Part shown: positions 26,953 through 39,409 of the stretch, piece after piece
Layout of the letters: the number at the start of each line of letters is the position of its first letter
Position numbering within the stretch: the stretch's first letter is position 1
From: Phoronis australis
Lineage: Eukaryota > Animalia > Phoronida
Assembly (NCBI GenBank): GCA_002633005.1
Contig: NMRA01000313.1
Span: forward strand, 454,518-518,517
Length of the DNA stretch: 64,000 bases
Reading direction: 5' to 3'
Notes under the pieces: generated by a model
What the model saw: only the letters and a program-made list of their open reading frames with translations
Told to the model about the DNA's origin: nothing
The model's database searches: none
Translations under genes and position numbers: made by a program

Positions 26953-28199
26953 TGATCAGACTTGGTTGTCTCCCAGGAATACCGGGGTATATGTAAAATC
27001 CACAAAGGGCTTGTATGCTGAAAGATCTTATACCTAACCTTTCACACTACAAACAAGGAATTATCCGCCACTACATCTAATGGACATGCAGTGGTAATGA
27101 CAGCTGGGCTGGGACATGTATTGAAACACAGGTGTTGAAAGTAAAATAAAATCACTAATCATAGAATCCATACCAACTTAACTCTAAAGAGGAGTGGTGA
27201 CATATAAATTCCAAAATATTAAGTAATTAAAGGATACTGATCATTATCACTTGTTCATATTCAGTGCTGAGAAAAGATATGCAATTTTTTAAATATGAAT
27301 AATAATGTAAATGTTCACATAATAAATGAAATGAACTGCTCATAGTTGTAGAAATGTTAATGTAATTTGAATAAAACTATTATCAAAACGTGTGTGTATA
27401 GTTGTTAAGTGATAACTACGACAACACAGAAGTTAATTTTGGCACACGCCACTGAAGTGTCCGAGCTCCGCTGTTCAATCGACCAACGTTCACAGCGAAG
27501 TTTATCTGCAATTTTAACAGGCCAACACTTCACAAAACACTGCAAAACATGGATGCCAGTGAGGTGTTGACTTGGTGCAAAACAAAGGACAGACAAGCAT
27601 TGAACTGTATAAGTTACATAAATATGGGTTGTCTCACTATAGAAAGTTACCATTGCATAACACAGGAATGGGAGGGATAATCAATTACCTATGGAACAGT
27701 AAGGGCAATTTGCATTAGGTAATTGAGCGTACAGACTGTATAGACTGCAGCAGCCTGTCTATGCATTCAACTGAAACAAGTTGGAAGCTCTAATAGAATA
27801 GGTTAAGAAACAAATAACCTGATGGTACAGACAACTTTATTGATGTATATGCTTCTGATGAATGTAAATTAATAGCATAAGATTTGTTCTGGACATGAAG
27901 AAGAAATGTGCAGATCAATCCCAGTGACAATGTCCGCAAGTGAGAGTGACTAGTCTAGTACCTTGCACATATACAGTAGTTCGTAAATACAAGATGTTTT
28001 AAAGGGGAGACGTAGCCAACCACAATTTTCTAATGAGGAAAATGTCCATACAAGCCATAAAAACAGCAAGTTGATGGCCATTTTAAGATCGTTTCCAGGG
28101 GAAGCTCACACCCTCTAAATCCGCCTATGTAGTATTTTCCAAACTTTTAATCAAGAAATTACGCAAAAATGTTTTGTTTTTGTGCACAGCGGAGAGTAT

Positions 28200-29920
28200 G
28201 AGTAGCTGGAATAAGTTGGATCCAACCTGAGAAACTATGTTTGTATCATCAACTCTAAGGGATAAATAAGGTGCATTTGTGGTGGATAATGAATTGGATG
28301 GAATCTAGTTTGTTTCCAAGACCAAGAAACATCAAAGCCAGTTGCAGTTTTCAAAATAGACGACCAAGAAGTCGACCAAACTATGAAGACTGAGGGTATT
28401 ATACATACCTCATCAAATATGTTATTGAAAATAATGAGAAATGATGGCCAGTTATTTTCAACCAAATATCGTGAATATCCCTCAACGAACATGGTGATAT
28501 TGAAACAGACTCAAAGCAACTAAAACTACTAACAGGGACATAGCAGTAGCTAAACTATCCTGAAATCAACGTCACCCAAGTTTCTCTAACAGAAACACCA
28601 CAGCCAAATTTCATGATTCTTCAAACTGATTGGCAGATAGAAAAGTGAATATCAAATTCAGACAAGAAAATAATGAAAATGCCACTAGGGGGCACACATC
28701 ACGACAGACTTGTTTGAAAATGGACAAGTGCTGTCTTCACCTGTCACATTTTAAAAGTATGGCAAAATCTTATCAATTTTGTACAAAATGATAATTGTTA
28801 ACAAGGTCTTCTAACATTGTTGTGAATGTCACATTTTTTCAAAACATTTTCTGATGGTAGCTATGATACAAAACTTTAACACAGTAAATCAATCTTTTAT
28901 GAAAATAAGACTACATGCCAGACCTCTTTAAACGTTATTACTGATACAACAAGGTATAACTGTCAAAGCAAAAACACTGCAGTAAGTACAGATCCCTTCG
29001 AAAGTCAATGTGTGACTTGGTCTTATTAACATGAACACCTCTACCAAATTCTATGACAATTCTTAACATAAGAATCAAATTTCTTCAAGATGATCCTTCA
29101 CCAAACTTGGCTGCCACTAGGGTGCGTAGCAATGAACAGATCAATCTGAAAATCAGCATCAGCCTTCCTCTTGCAAACAGAACCACATCCCTTTAATTTC
29201 AACTCAATTATTCGCCAAACTGCAAAAATCGAAGCGAGAGCAAAATTCAGCAACTAGGAAGCATAGAGATATTCAGGTTTGTTCGAAAATCAAACTCCGC
29301 GCTGCTTGAGATAACCATAAAAAACATAAAATACTCAGCCACTACGGGGCATATTGGTATTCAAATCCATCCAGAAATCAAGATCAGGAATGTATCCTTG
29401 ACGAACCCTCACTTCAGAGATATTGATTCAACAACAAAAACTATTACTGTATTACGTGGAAAAGCGGTCTTCGCATCAGTCCAAAAATCCCCAGGCATGG
29501 TCTCCTAATAGAAGCATAGCCCTTAAACATCACAAATATCCTCCAATTTGTTTGCCAGATAGAGGCTAATGCAAAAAAAGGAAATACAGAAGTTGCCACA
29601 GGGGATGCCGCAGTAGTTGTTCCAGCCTGGAAATTAATGGATGGCGCTGTCCTCAGTTCTTTGGAATTCTGCTAAATTTCATTAAGATCCATCTCGTGAC
29701 TAGGCAGATATAGAGGCAAATACAAAAGCCTGAAATTGTGAAAATAACACAGCAGTATTTGGATTTGTCAGAACGTCATCATCTTCATCTATTGTCAGTT
29801 ACATAGGATCACATCCCAAATTTCATAAAAATGCTGCAAGGGAATTTGAAACAGCAGTGAATGCCATTATGCGCGAACGGATAGACAAACAGATGCATAC
29901 ATGAGACAATATGCATGCAC
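28200..29920 (+). mobile_element. Older, degenerate relative of the 37-38.8 kb element
   Basis: Same cores (CCACTAGGGGGCAC 28682, CCACTAGGGTGCG 29114, CCACTACGGGGCA 29339, CCACAGGGGATGC 29596), repeated aaatttca motifs, and an acggatagacaaacaga tail near 29880. Boundaries approximate. Confidence 0.6.
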
Positions 29921-30570
29921 AGGAATTGTTTTAACACAGACCATGTTGAAAAATTTTAATTCTACTTAACACTAGTGGATTTTGTTTGACATGAAACTAG
30001 AACATAATTAAACGCATATACTTAAGTAGTTTTGTACAGAAGAAGGAAAATGCTTAGAAGTAGTAGGCTGTGGTGAATGCCCTAAATTAAAAATGAACAA
30101 AAGATTTTCACGATTCAATGACAAGGGAATTAGCTCAAGTGATTGAACATTCCTGTCAAACTAAAGATAACCTTTTGATTAGTTACACAAACAAACAGCA
30201 GACAGAAGTGGTTGGACAGCAAACACCTTTGTAAGGCTGCTGTAAAACATGTTCTGGTGATAAAATTAATAAAAACATCAATTTGCGTGATAGGCAAATT
30301 TTCTCTCCAAAAGCAACATCATCAAATTCTTATCCTTTTCTTTGAATAACAATAAATGACCTTGAATTTCTCTTGACCATACTGCCAACGCAAAAGAAAA
30401 TAAAACCCAGAGTTGTGACAAGCAAGTTCATGGGCCTCCCCAGTCTGAAGCATTTACACTTAAAAGCCTAAATCAAATTCTCATTTTCCACAGTAGGCCT
30501 ATGTGTGGCTTTAGCGACCCTCTAACACAACCAATAGAGATCAACTATCATTTTTTTTAAAAATACTTAC

Positions 30571-30692
30571 GGAGTCCAAAATGTTTGGTACATCAACAGT
30601 CCCTGGCTCATGCGCGAACCGGGCTTGTAGCGTTGTCGAATTTCAACCAGCCGGTTTCGAAACTTTGTGATATAGTCTGGGAAAGTCGACAT
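30571..30692 (-). CDS. Variable first coding exon V4 (40 aa)
   Basis: accATG, 122 nt open: MSTFPDYITKFRNRLVEIRQRYKPGSRMSQGLLMYQTFWT. Phase-2 donor CC|gtaagt. CpG-rich, with a CCAAT box near 30866. Below the ORF-track length cutoff. Confidence 0.75.
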
Positions 30693-32399
30693 GGTATCAC
30701 TTGAGCTTCTATCAGTGGAGGTATGTCCAGTGTCCATTCTTGTCACACATGGTTACAAGAGTACCAATACCTGTCGATACTAGTATTACACTCCGTGTGA
30801 GCACGAATTGACCGACTTTTGACTAAATGTGTCTTTAATCTGCCAATTGCAAACAGATTTAGTGGACCAATCAAAGGTCCCTAACGCTGCCCATGTTTGC
30901 TAAACAACAAAAGAATGATGTCCAGCCACAGTGAACACAGACCTGCACTGGAGTATCCAAGTTACAGTAAACAGTCAAAAAAATTAATGACCCAAGTACA
31001 GATGGGCATCAGGTTTCATTGAACAGACAGAACTATTTTACGATTTGCCTGGTGGCTGATCACTATGAAAGACTGATATCGTCACAAAATCCATGCAAAA
31101 ACCACGCTAAATAACAAAAGAAAAAATTATCAATCACACTATGACGATGAAACTCTTCAAAGGCAACAGGCCAGGGTCAATAACAGAACAATAGCACGCT
31201 ACACATTGAACTTGGTGGACACTTTTGATGTTACGAAAAATCAATTCCATCTTGCCACATCCATGCCCAAATAGTAATTCACAAGATAACAGCACAGTAC
31301 TGCTATCAACTCTTGACTTTAATAATCTGTGGTGAACTCCAGGTGTGATATCTTTACATCAGGTGCAATACTGTACTTGATGACAGGAAGTATAAAGAGC
31401 ACCAGGTCTCAGGTTCACTACCTTAAAGTGCTATACCACAACATCATGCAACAGCACTGCAGCGCTTAAATAACTGCCAAAACGTCCAAACCTCAGAATT
31501 CCTTCATTTTAACAGGTTAACGCCAAAGCAAAACACTTTAAGAAATTAAAACACACTAATACCACAAATTGATTTTTAAAATCCTACTCGGAAGTGCTTC
31601 AATAACGAACCAGCAAGTTGAAGGGCACAGCAAACCTTAGAGCTCCACTTAAACCTTCCATATTTTCCAACCAACATCATCAACACAAGTAACCAGCAGC
31701 GTGACCAGAAGCTGTCCCATTGGGTGACAATTACACACAACAATTTGTAGAACTGCAAAGAACCTTCTATGAACCATCACTCTTAATGAATTATAATGAG
31801 CCATTATGATGTCCAAGCCTCATTCACAAACACATTCACTTATGGTGATCACAGGTCTTGTGCCTTGAGTTCTTCAATAGAGTGGAGGCTATCAAATGGC
31901 ATTTCCTCTGGGCACTCCACTGTTAAGACATGCAGAAACCTTGGATACCAAATGACATCGCAGAAAGGTTGAATGCTTTTAGCGTAAAAAACAAGAATTC
32001 AATTGAATCGTTTTCTAAAGAATCCCACGTGTATAACGAGCGAATTGAACAAGATGAATGGCACTCAGTAGTGTTAATTGTCAGTGGCGTATTAACTGTA
32101 ATTAATTAAGTTGCAAGTTTCTTGAGTAACTTGCGTCACGTCACGTCGCGTCACAGCATGACCAATTCACCATCAATTGGGTAAAGCAAAAAACTGAATA
32201 AACAGCTTATTCCTGCCTTTTACAGCCATCAGAGACAGTCAGGCACAGCAGAAGAAAGCTCATGACCATAAGACACTGGTTTTCACATCCAGAATCAACA
32301 AATTCCCATGTTGGACATTTCTAAACGTAACTGAATTTATATTCTACAGATCTTACTGTCAATGTCTCTGAACAATCAAACTAGGCTCAAGTCACTGAT

Positions 32400-32720
32400 T
32401 GAAGGTCCTCAAGTAGAAGGCCTTATGAATAGAGGATTAAAGCGTCTACAATGAGCAAATAAGAATGTCTATATATGCTCAATCTTGAACCCAAAAGAAA
32501 ATAATCCATAGCAAAGTAGAGTAAAAGTAGAGATTGTTCAAAGCCAATACAAATATACTTCACTTGCAGTACAATTTCCAGGCATTGGCAAATGGAAAAA
32601 TAATCCTCCAATGTATGTGATAGATTGCCTATGCCCCAAAGTTTAATTGATGCATTCAGAATTGGCTGCAAAACATAGTTATGAAATAAGAAAGTCAGAC
32701 TTAATCCCCTCCATACATTC
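32400..32720 (-). mobile_element. Possible highly decayed LINE ORF2 fragment (post-RT region, L2 group)
   Basis: LFHNYVLQPILNASIKLWG...LEIVLQVKYICIG echoes the LF...V.PIL.Y...IWG...LE.VQ.KF pattern. Confidence 0.4.
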
Positions 32721-35299
32721 ATTGTTAAATCTGTGATCCTCTTTATTGGATTAAGATGGTGGTAGTCTGTCTCTATATTAAAAGGTCACATCATGCAGTT
32801 TTCCAATAAAAAATACTTATCCAAATGTAGTGAAAATTTTTTCTCTTGTTCATATAGACACCCAATCTATCGTGATTGTCTCAGCGAAAAATTCATATTT
32901 TGGTGAGCCAAGATATAAACAGATTCAAATCTTGGAAGAGAAAAACAAGCTTAGTATGTGACATATAATATAGTTGAATCAATTGGGCATAATCTACAGT
33001 AATTCTCCACCTATTTCACACAAAAACAATTCACAAATTTGTTATTTTCCAAGTTTTCAGTAATCAGAGCTTTACCACTAATGATATTCACGCAAACCAA
33101 ACAGTAGTAAAAGTAGAATAATTTTCTTATTTTTTATGTTTGATGTAAAAATGGACAAACTAAAATTTCACTTGTACATTTTATGTGCTAAATATAGGCG
33201 AAAATTATTGATCAAAACCCTCACTTTTCAAATACAACCAACAAAACACACTTTCCATACAAGTTATTTTAAGTTTTGACGAAGGCAATGTATCATATAT
33301 TAAGAAATATTTTAAAAGATACATACAATCATCTCAAAATGAACGCAGTGGATGATCCAGGAGTGAACACAATGGTTGATCCAGAATATCGCAAGGGTCC
33401 AATTACTATTTTCAAATAGTCCTAAAAATGATGTCTCTATGTTTTTGTTTTGCCCAAATGAGAGGCCAAGATACAAAATTTTGCTGCTTTATTTATTCAA
33501 AAAATTTATTCACTCCCACAGTGAAGACATCCACACGTTATACCTGGCCAGATGTACACATCTGCCACCTATAGGGCAAAGACATCAATAAGCAAATTTA
33601 TACAACCAGGAACGTGAACACTGTTTTCGTTTTACAAGCAAATAGATTCCAGGCTGTATTATCATAATCTGCAAATAATGGGATACTACGCTAAATACAA
33701 ACATCCATTGAGTAAAAACCACACAGTGATTCACCTTTAACTACAGCATTTTTTCCCTCAATATCGGGCACAATGTCTGAAATTAATGAAAGGCAAGGTT
33801 ACAACCAGGTAGTTGTTTGCCCACTGGCTCTAAGACAAGAGTTAGATGACTAATTTTCCACCAAATAACAAAAAGTGCAATGGGTGTAAAGTACCGTTTC
33901 GACATTAACTTTTGACTCAGCGCAACTCAAGGTGCAAGATGATCGATGTCAAGTGACCATTTACACACACAAGAGTCAGAAACGGTGGCAAGACACAAGT
34001 TGTAGGCAGCAAGGTGGAGTGCACATGCTTAAAGGAACAAATGGCAGGACTTTCATTTCATTATTATTACTATCATAATCATTGTTATTGTTGTTGTTGT
34101 TGTTATGGTGTTTCTAATTCTCCTCAGAGTAGGTAATTCATGACATCAAATCTTCCTTCAAAGATTACAGCTTTTATCAGTACTGTTATTGTTACATAAC
34201 CAAGCACTTGAATTGAAGTCTTTCCGAAAACTGTGTGTAATATTCCAACAATTACACGTATCATTTGAAACAATACCATTAATTACTATTTTTAAATTGT
34301 TATTTTGTAATAAAAGAACTTTTTCATTTTGCAGTTGCCAAATGTCAATTGTGGTAGAAGTCACCCTCATTCCCAGTAGAACAAATTTTATAATGTGACA
34401 ACTGGAGAAGGGGGAAACTGATAAGCTGCTTTAGTTTTTGAAATAAACTGGACAGTATCAAATTCAACAATTCATGCATGTGAGTATCAACTAACAAAAT
34501 TTCATTGACTCTTTACCTTTCAAGCTATTTCAATTCAGTTTTGCCCAAAAGCAATAATACCGTTCACCAATTCCAGTAACGACATTATGTTTCTTTCGGT
34601 TGGTTAATGTGTCGCTTGAAAGTAACAAAAACTTGCTCAATTTCCTGATTGAAATGAGACTCCTTCATTTTTGCCGAATCCCAATTATTCCTCCACACCG
34701 CATTTGAGCAAGTTGACAGACATGATAAATGATTATCAGAGTTAAAGTTCAAGGACCAGGCACTCAGAACAGATGACTGGCAAATTGTAAAAATTCTGCG
34801 TAAAACGATCACCTGCGCAAGTGCAATAGGGATGCATTCCTTCAGCTTTGCCCCCAGTTTCACTTTTTGACATTTAGTTGATACAGAGCAAGATGATCGT
34901 GCACAATTTCCTTTACCTCACAAATTGATGAAAAAAGTTGTCATTCTGGTGGAAGTTTGCTTGCTGCCATCAATGTTTACACACATACTTAATGGGCCTG
35001 ATCACGATCATGTTGTTCTGTTATGTGTCAGCTGATCGGTGTCAATTTTTGTAAAGGGGACTTGCCTCCAAGGAGAACTTCTGCATCACAAAATGTCAAT
35101 CACTAATCCAGGTGGTGACAGATACTCAACAGTCAGCCAGTAGACCGAGTCAAGATAAGATCTCCTTATTTTTCTATAGACCAAGCAAGTTCTAACACCA
35201 GTAAAACAAAGGAATAGTTGATGCCAAACCTTCCCTGGTGCACTTGACAAGGCAAAAGCCATCGTGCAAAACACCTGTCACCTGACACCAGAGTCACTC

Positions 35300-36420
35300 A
35301 GACTCATGAGAACTATCAATAGTTACCTGGTTCTTAAAATTTCAAGTCTGGTACGATAGTTCCTCTTAAAAATATGGATGGACTATATACATCATGTGGA
35401 TTGTGTCTATACACAGTTAAGATACTTGCTTCTCAATCTATAAAAGGCTAGGCAGGACTTTCAGGAGAATTTCTTTGTTAAGCTACCTGAAAAAAAGAAC
35501 TGGACCACTAACTATGTCCAATAAAATCAACCCCAAATTCCGTTCCCAACTGGAATGACGGCACCATTTCTTCAAAAAACCTTCAGGAAATCATAGGACT
35601 GGCCAGACTTTCCACTGCAATTTCTCAATTGAAACTGGGCCATAATGAAGTTTGATGGGCTTACATTTTATATTTGACTTTAAGTGGAGAGGTACAGCTT
35701 AACTGTTCGGGCACAATAGCAAAGTAGTCCACTATTTCAAGCATTATTACACAGCATGTAAAAAATACTCTACTGAAATAATTATTCATCAAAGCTATCA
35801 AATAATTTGCAGGTTTGTTGAGGCACACAGTTAGGGAATAAGATGTACATAATGATTTATCCTCTCACCAGCAATATTGCATAATAAATAACAGACAGTA
35901 TATTTACCAAAAGTGGCCCCATGACTGAACAAACATGAATGCAAATAATATGCAAAAACTCAAAAAAAAACAGTTCATCACTTCAAAACTTTACCATATA
36001 TGCACATATCTAGGTCAATGTGCCTATATTTGAAACAGCACCTGCAACCACAATACGGCGAATGTTCCAGTACCTGAACCATTTAACCACCGGCAAATTT
36101 ATTAATAATTTTATTTCAAATAAAACAATGTACAATAACAAGAACCGCGCCCAGAAAGCGCTAGAAAGAATTATATCTGGGCATTTAACTAAATGGAAAT
36201 TAGTATAAAAGCAATGCTCCAGCAATGCACCCCATTTTTTCACGAAATATTCTCAGCATTTTGGCTCATGAAATGTAGTGAAGATTCTTGTGAATAACAT
36301 GGGCTCACAAATGCCAACATAGAAGTTGTTAACATTGATTCTGATATGTAGAGCATGTTCCAGGCAACCAGTCTGATGAGGAGTTTTGCACCGAGTAGTT
36401 CGCCCTAGACCTGCACACCC
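35300..36420 (-). mobile_element. Decayed LINE reverse-transcriptase fragment (CR1/L2 group)
   Basis: Ordered remnants LSSAF, VVKWFRY, SVMGPLLVNI (near 35910-35930) and RNLGLI (near 35530), with many stops and frameshifts. Confidence 0.55.
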
Positions 36421-37024
36421 ATGTACACACTCAGGTATTTTGTTTAACACATAGGCAAATAAGCACAGTTGTTTTTCAGGAAACTAGCTGTTAGCATTTC
36501 CACTGGTTTTACAAGGTTAAATAAATGGTTCAACACATGATAATCAAAACTTCTTTTCCCTCAAAACTTTGGACACACTGAACTGGGTCAGTGAATAACA
36601 TATTAGTTTTTTTTCTCAACTTCTGCAAATATGAAAACATTTAAACCAAATTTTCATAATTCTTCCATCACAAAGTTATTGACTAATCCGGACAATTACA
36701 GTGAAATCTCACCAATTTTGAACAAAGGGAATTGTCACGTTTGAATTTTTTTCGCGGTTTCAAAACATTCTCCAACTGATTTCTGATGGTAGCTCTGGTA
36801 TAGTTCAAGGATTAACCTGGAGCAAATAATGAACTTTTATGAAAAGATAATCAAACAAAATTTCACTTGACTGCCATTTTGTGTCCTAAAGTGGTAAGAT
36901 TTTATGGCAATTGTTCCTTAGAAGCTTTGCTACAACTTTACACAATAAAACTTCAAAAGGAAGCCCAGCAGAATATCTACATAATAAAGAGCAGTATCTA
37001 GGAAGTCTGCTGTCAACAAAGCAT

Positions 37025-38798
37025 ACAAGAGCAACGCATAGTGTTGAAATGCTCCCACGAATGCACCGCAAATGATGTGCTTCTAGGGTTGTTTATTTGT
37101 TTCATAAAAATAGCCAATAGATGGCACAAAACATCCAATTCATCTGAGAACATAAAACTGCCATCGCTTCTTTGATAGAAAGCTATTTACCAAATTTCAT
37201 AAAAATCTGACAAGGATCAGAGAAACGAAGGAAAAAGGAAAAAATGAAATTGCCACTATGGGGCACAGCGTTCATTGGATCGGCCTGAAAGACTTCATCT
37301 GTTGTCAGCTTCATAAAAATACAATTAAATTTAAAAAAGATCATGCAGTGTGTTAAGGAGATGCAGCTATGGGCGCAAAACAAAATTACCACTATAAGGC
37401 GCCAAAGTAGTTGTCTTGTTATAGTCAACCGCCCTCTTCACACTGAGAACATACACGCCAATTTTCAAAATCATCCTTAGAGTGGTTTGGTTAATAGAGG
37501 GGTGGGTGCCAAAAAACAGACTCGCAAACAGGAAAAATGTCCATTAGGTGGCACAAAGTAACTCGATTCCATCCGGAAACGACAAGACAGCATCATCTCA
37601 CTAATAGATGCCTATATTCCAAATTTTCTGAAAATCTGTTGAGAACCTTTGAAGATACAGCAGTAAAACTAAAAAACTAAAATTGCCACTACGGGGCACA
37701 CTTGTTGTCAGATCCGTCCGAAAGTTGTTGTCATCCGTTGTGAACGTAATATAAATACACTCACTAAATTTAGCAAAGATCCTGCAAATGGTTTAGGAGA
37801 ATCAGTCATGGGCGCAAAAAAATGCCACTAGGAGATGCCACAGTAGTAGAAGTCATTGGAAATCATCGTCAGCTTCGTAGCAAGAACATACATGCCAATT
37901 TTCACAATCATCCTTAGAGCCGTTTGGTTGATAGAAGGGTGGACGCAAAAAACAGACTAAAAACTAGTAAAAATGACCACTAGGTGGCGCAAACTACGTC
38001 AAATCCATCCAAAAACGGGACGATGGCGTTATCTTACTAATAGATGCCTACATACGAAATTTTATGACAATACGTTGAAGACTTTTGAAGATACAGAGGT
38101 AAACGTAAAAAACTGAAATTGCCACTTTAAAGGGGCACATCAGTAAGTCAGATGTGTCCGAAAATCATTGCCATCCATTGTCAACATCATATAAATACAC
38201 TTGCTAAATTTATTAAAGATCCTTCCAACAGTTTAGGAGATACAGCTGTGGGTGCAAAACAAAACAAAACTGCCACTAGGAGGCACCACAGCTGACGAAT
38301 CATCGCAAAATCATCGTCAGCCATCTTCTTCATAGTAAGAATATAGATGCCAATTTTCACAATCATCCTTAGAGCTGTTTGGTTGATAGAGGGGTAGACG
38401 CCATAAAACAGACTCGAAAACGGGGAAAATGTCCACTAGGTGGCACCAAGTAACTCGATTCCATCCGAAAACGACAGGATAGCATCATCTCATCAATAGA
38501 TGCCTATATATTCCAATTTTTCTGAAAATCTGTTGAGAACCTTCGAAGATACAGAGGTAAACCTAACAAGCTAAAATTGCCACTACGGGGCACACCCGTA
38601 GTCGGATCTGTCTGAAAGTTCGCTCATGTTGTCCCATCTATGAAAGGAACATATGTGCCAAATTTTATGAATGTGTGTAAAAAGGTTTTGGAGATAGAAC
38701 TGCAGACGCAGTATGCACGGACGCCAGACAAACGCCGGAAGAACGGACGGAGATGATGGCATAATGCGTTGACATAGGAATATGTGGGCGCATAATAA
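37025..38798 (+). mobile_element. Non-autonomous element with internal higher-order tandem array (~145-bp monomers, ~430-460-bp trimer); possibly Crypton-like
   Basis: Begins acaagagc and ends with GACR/ACGG-type repeats then gggcgcataataa. Eleven monomers each hold a CCACTAGGNGGCRC-like core (37114-38580); every third monomer is most similar. Family assignment is a recollection only. Confidence 0.8.
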
Positions 38799-39245
38799 CA
38801 TTTCACACTGATGACACTAATATGTGGTTTTGCCAAGTAAAATTTGGGCACCATCCCAAACAAGACAACTGTATACATAAAGAACACCCACCTGCACTTA
38901 AAAGCAACACTTAGAAGAACCTAAATCTGTAAAAAATCTTTGAAATAAAGCATTTTTCAGACAAATGCTAGAATTCAGGTTTATTATATATTTCTGTAAG
39001 TTTGACAACTCACACATGCATTCCATTCACTTTGTCGGTTCAACGAGGTCAACCGGCTAAGACATCCAATTGGTACATAAGCCTAATGTAGCCATGGAGA
39101 ACCAACCTTAAATGTCTTACCTGCTTGACCTGGCTGAACCCATACTGAGGGAATGAAGCACTGCTGTGACTGGTTGGTGGTATTCAGCACCATCGTATTT
39201 AAGAAACAAACCTTAGTCAGGCAATAGAATAATTGCTTAACGTAC

Positions 39246-39409
39246 CTGTCTAAATGAGGAAGAAAACGAGGATTGACTGTTTTGCCATGAACCATACGCA
39301 GTTTTACATGACCTGCTTGTTGACCACTGTTCATGCTTGCTTCACGCAACTCTGAATACTTCTGATTGTATACTATCCACTTATGTACCCAGCCAGGCAG
39401 CATGATCAT
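39246..39409 (-). CDS. Variable first coding exon V3 (54 aa)
   Basis: 164 nt open: MIMLPGWVHKWIVYNQKYSELREASMNSGQQAGHVKLRMVHGKTVNPRFLPHLD. Phase-2 donor AG|gtacgt. Shares the V.[LV][RK]MVH.K motif with V2. Confidence 0.7.
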
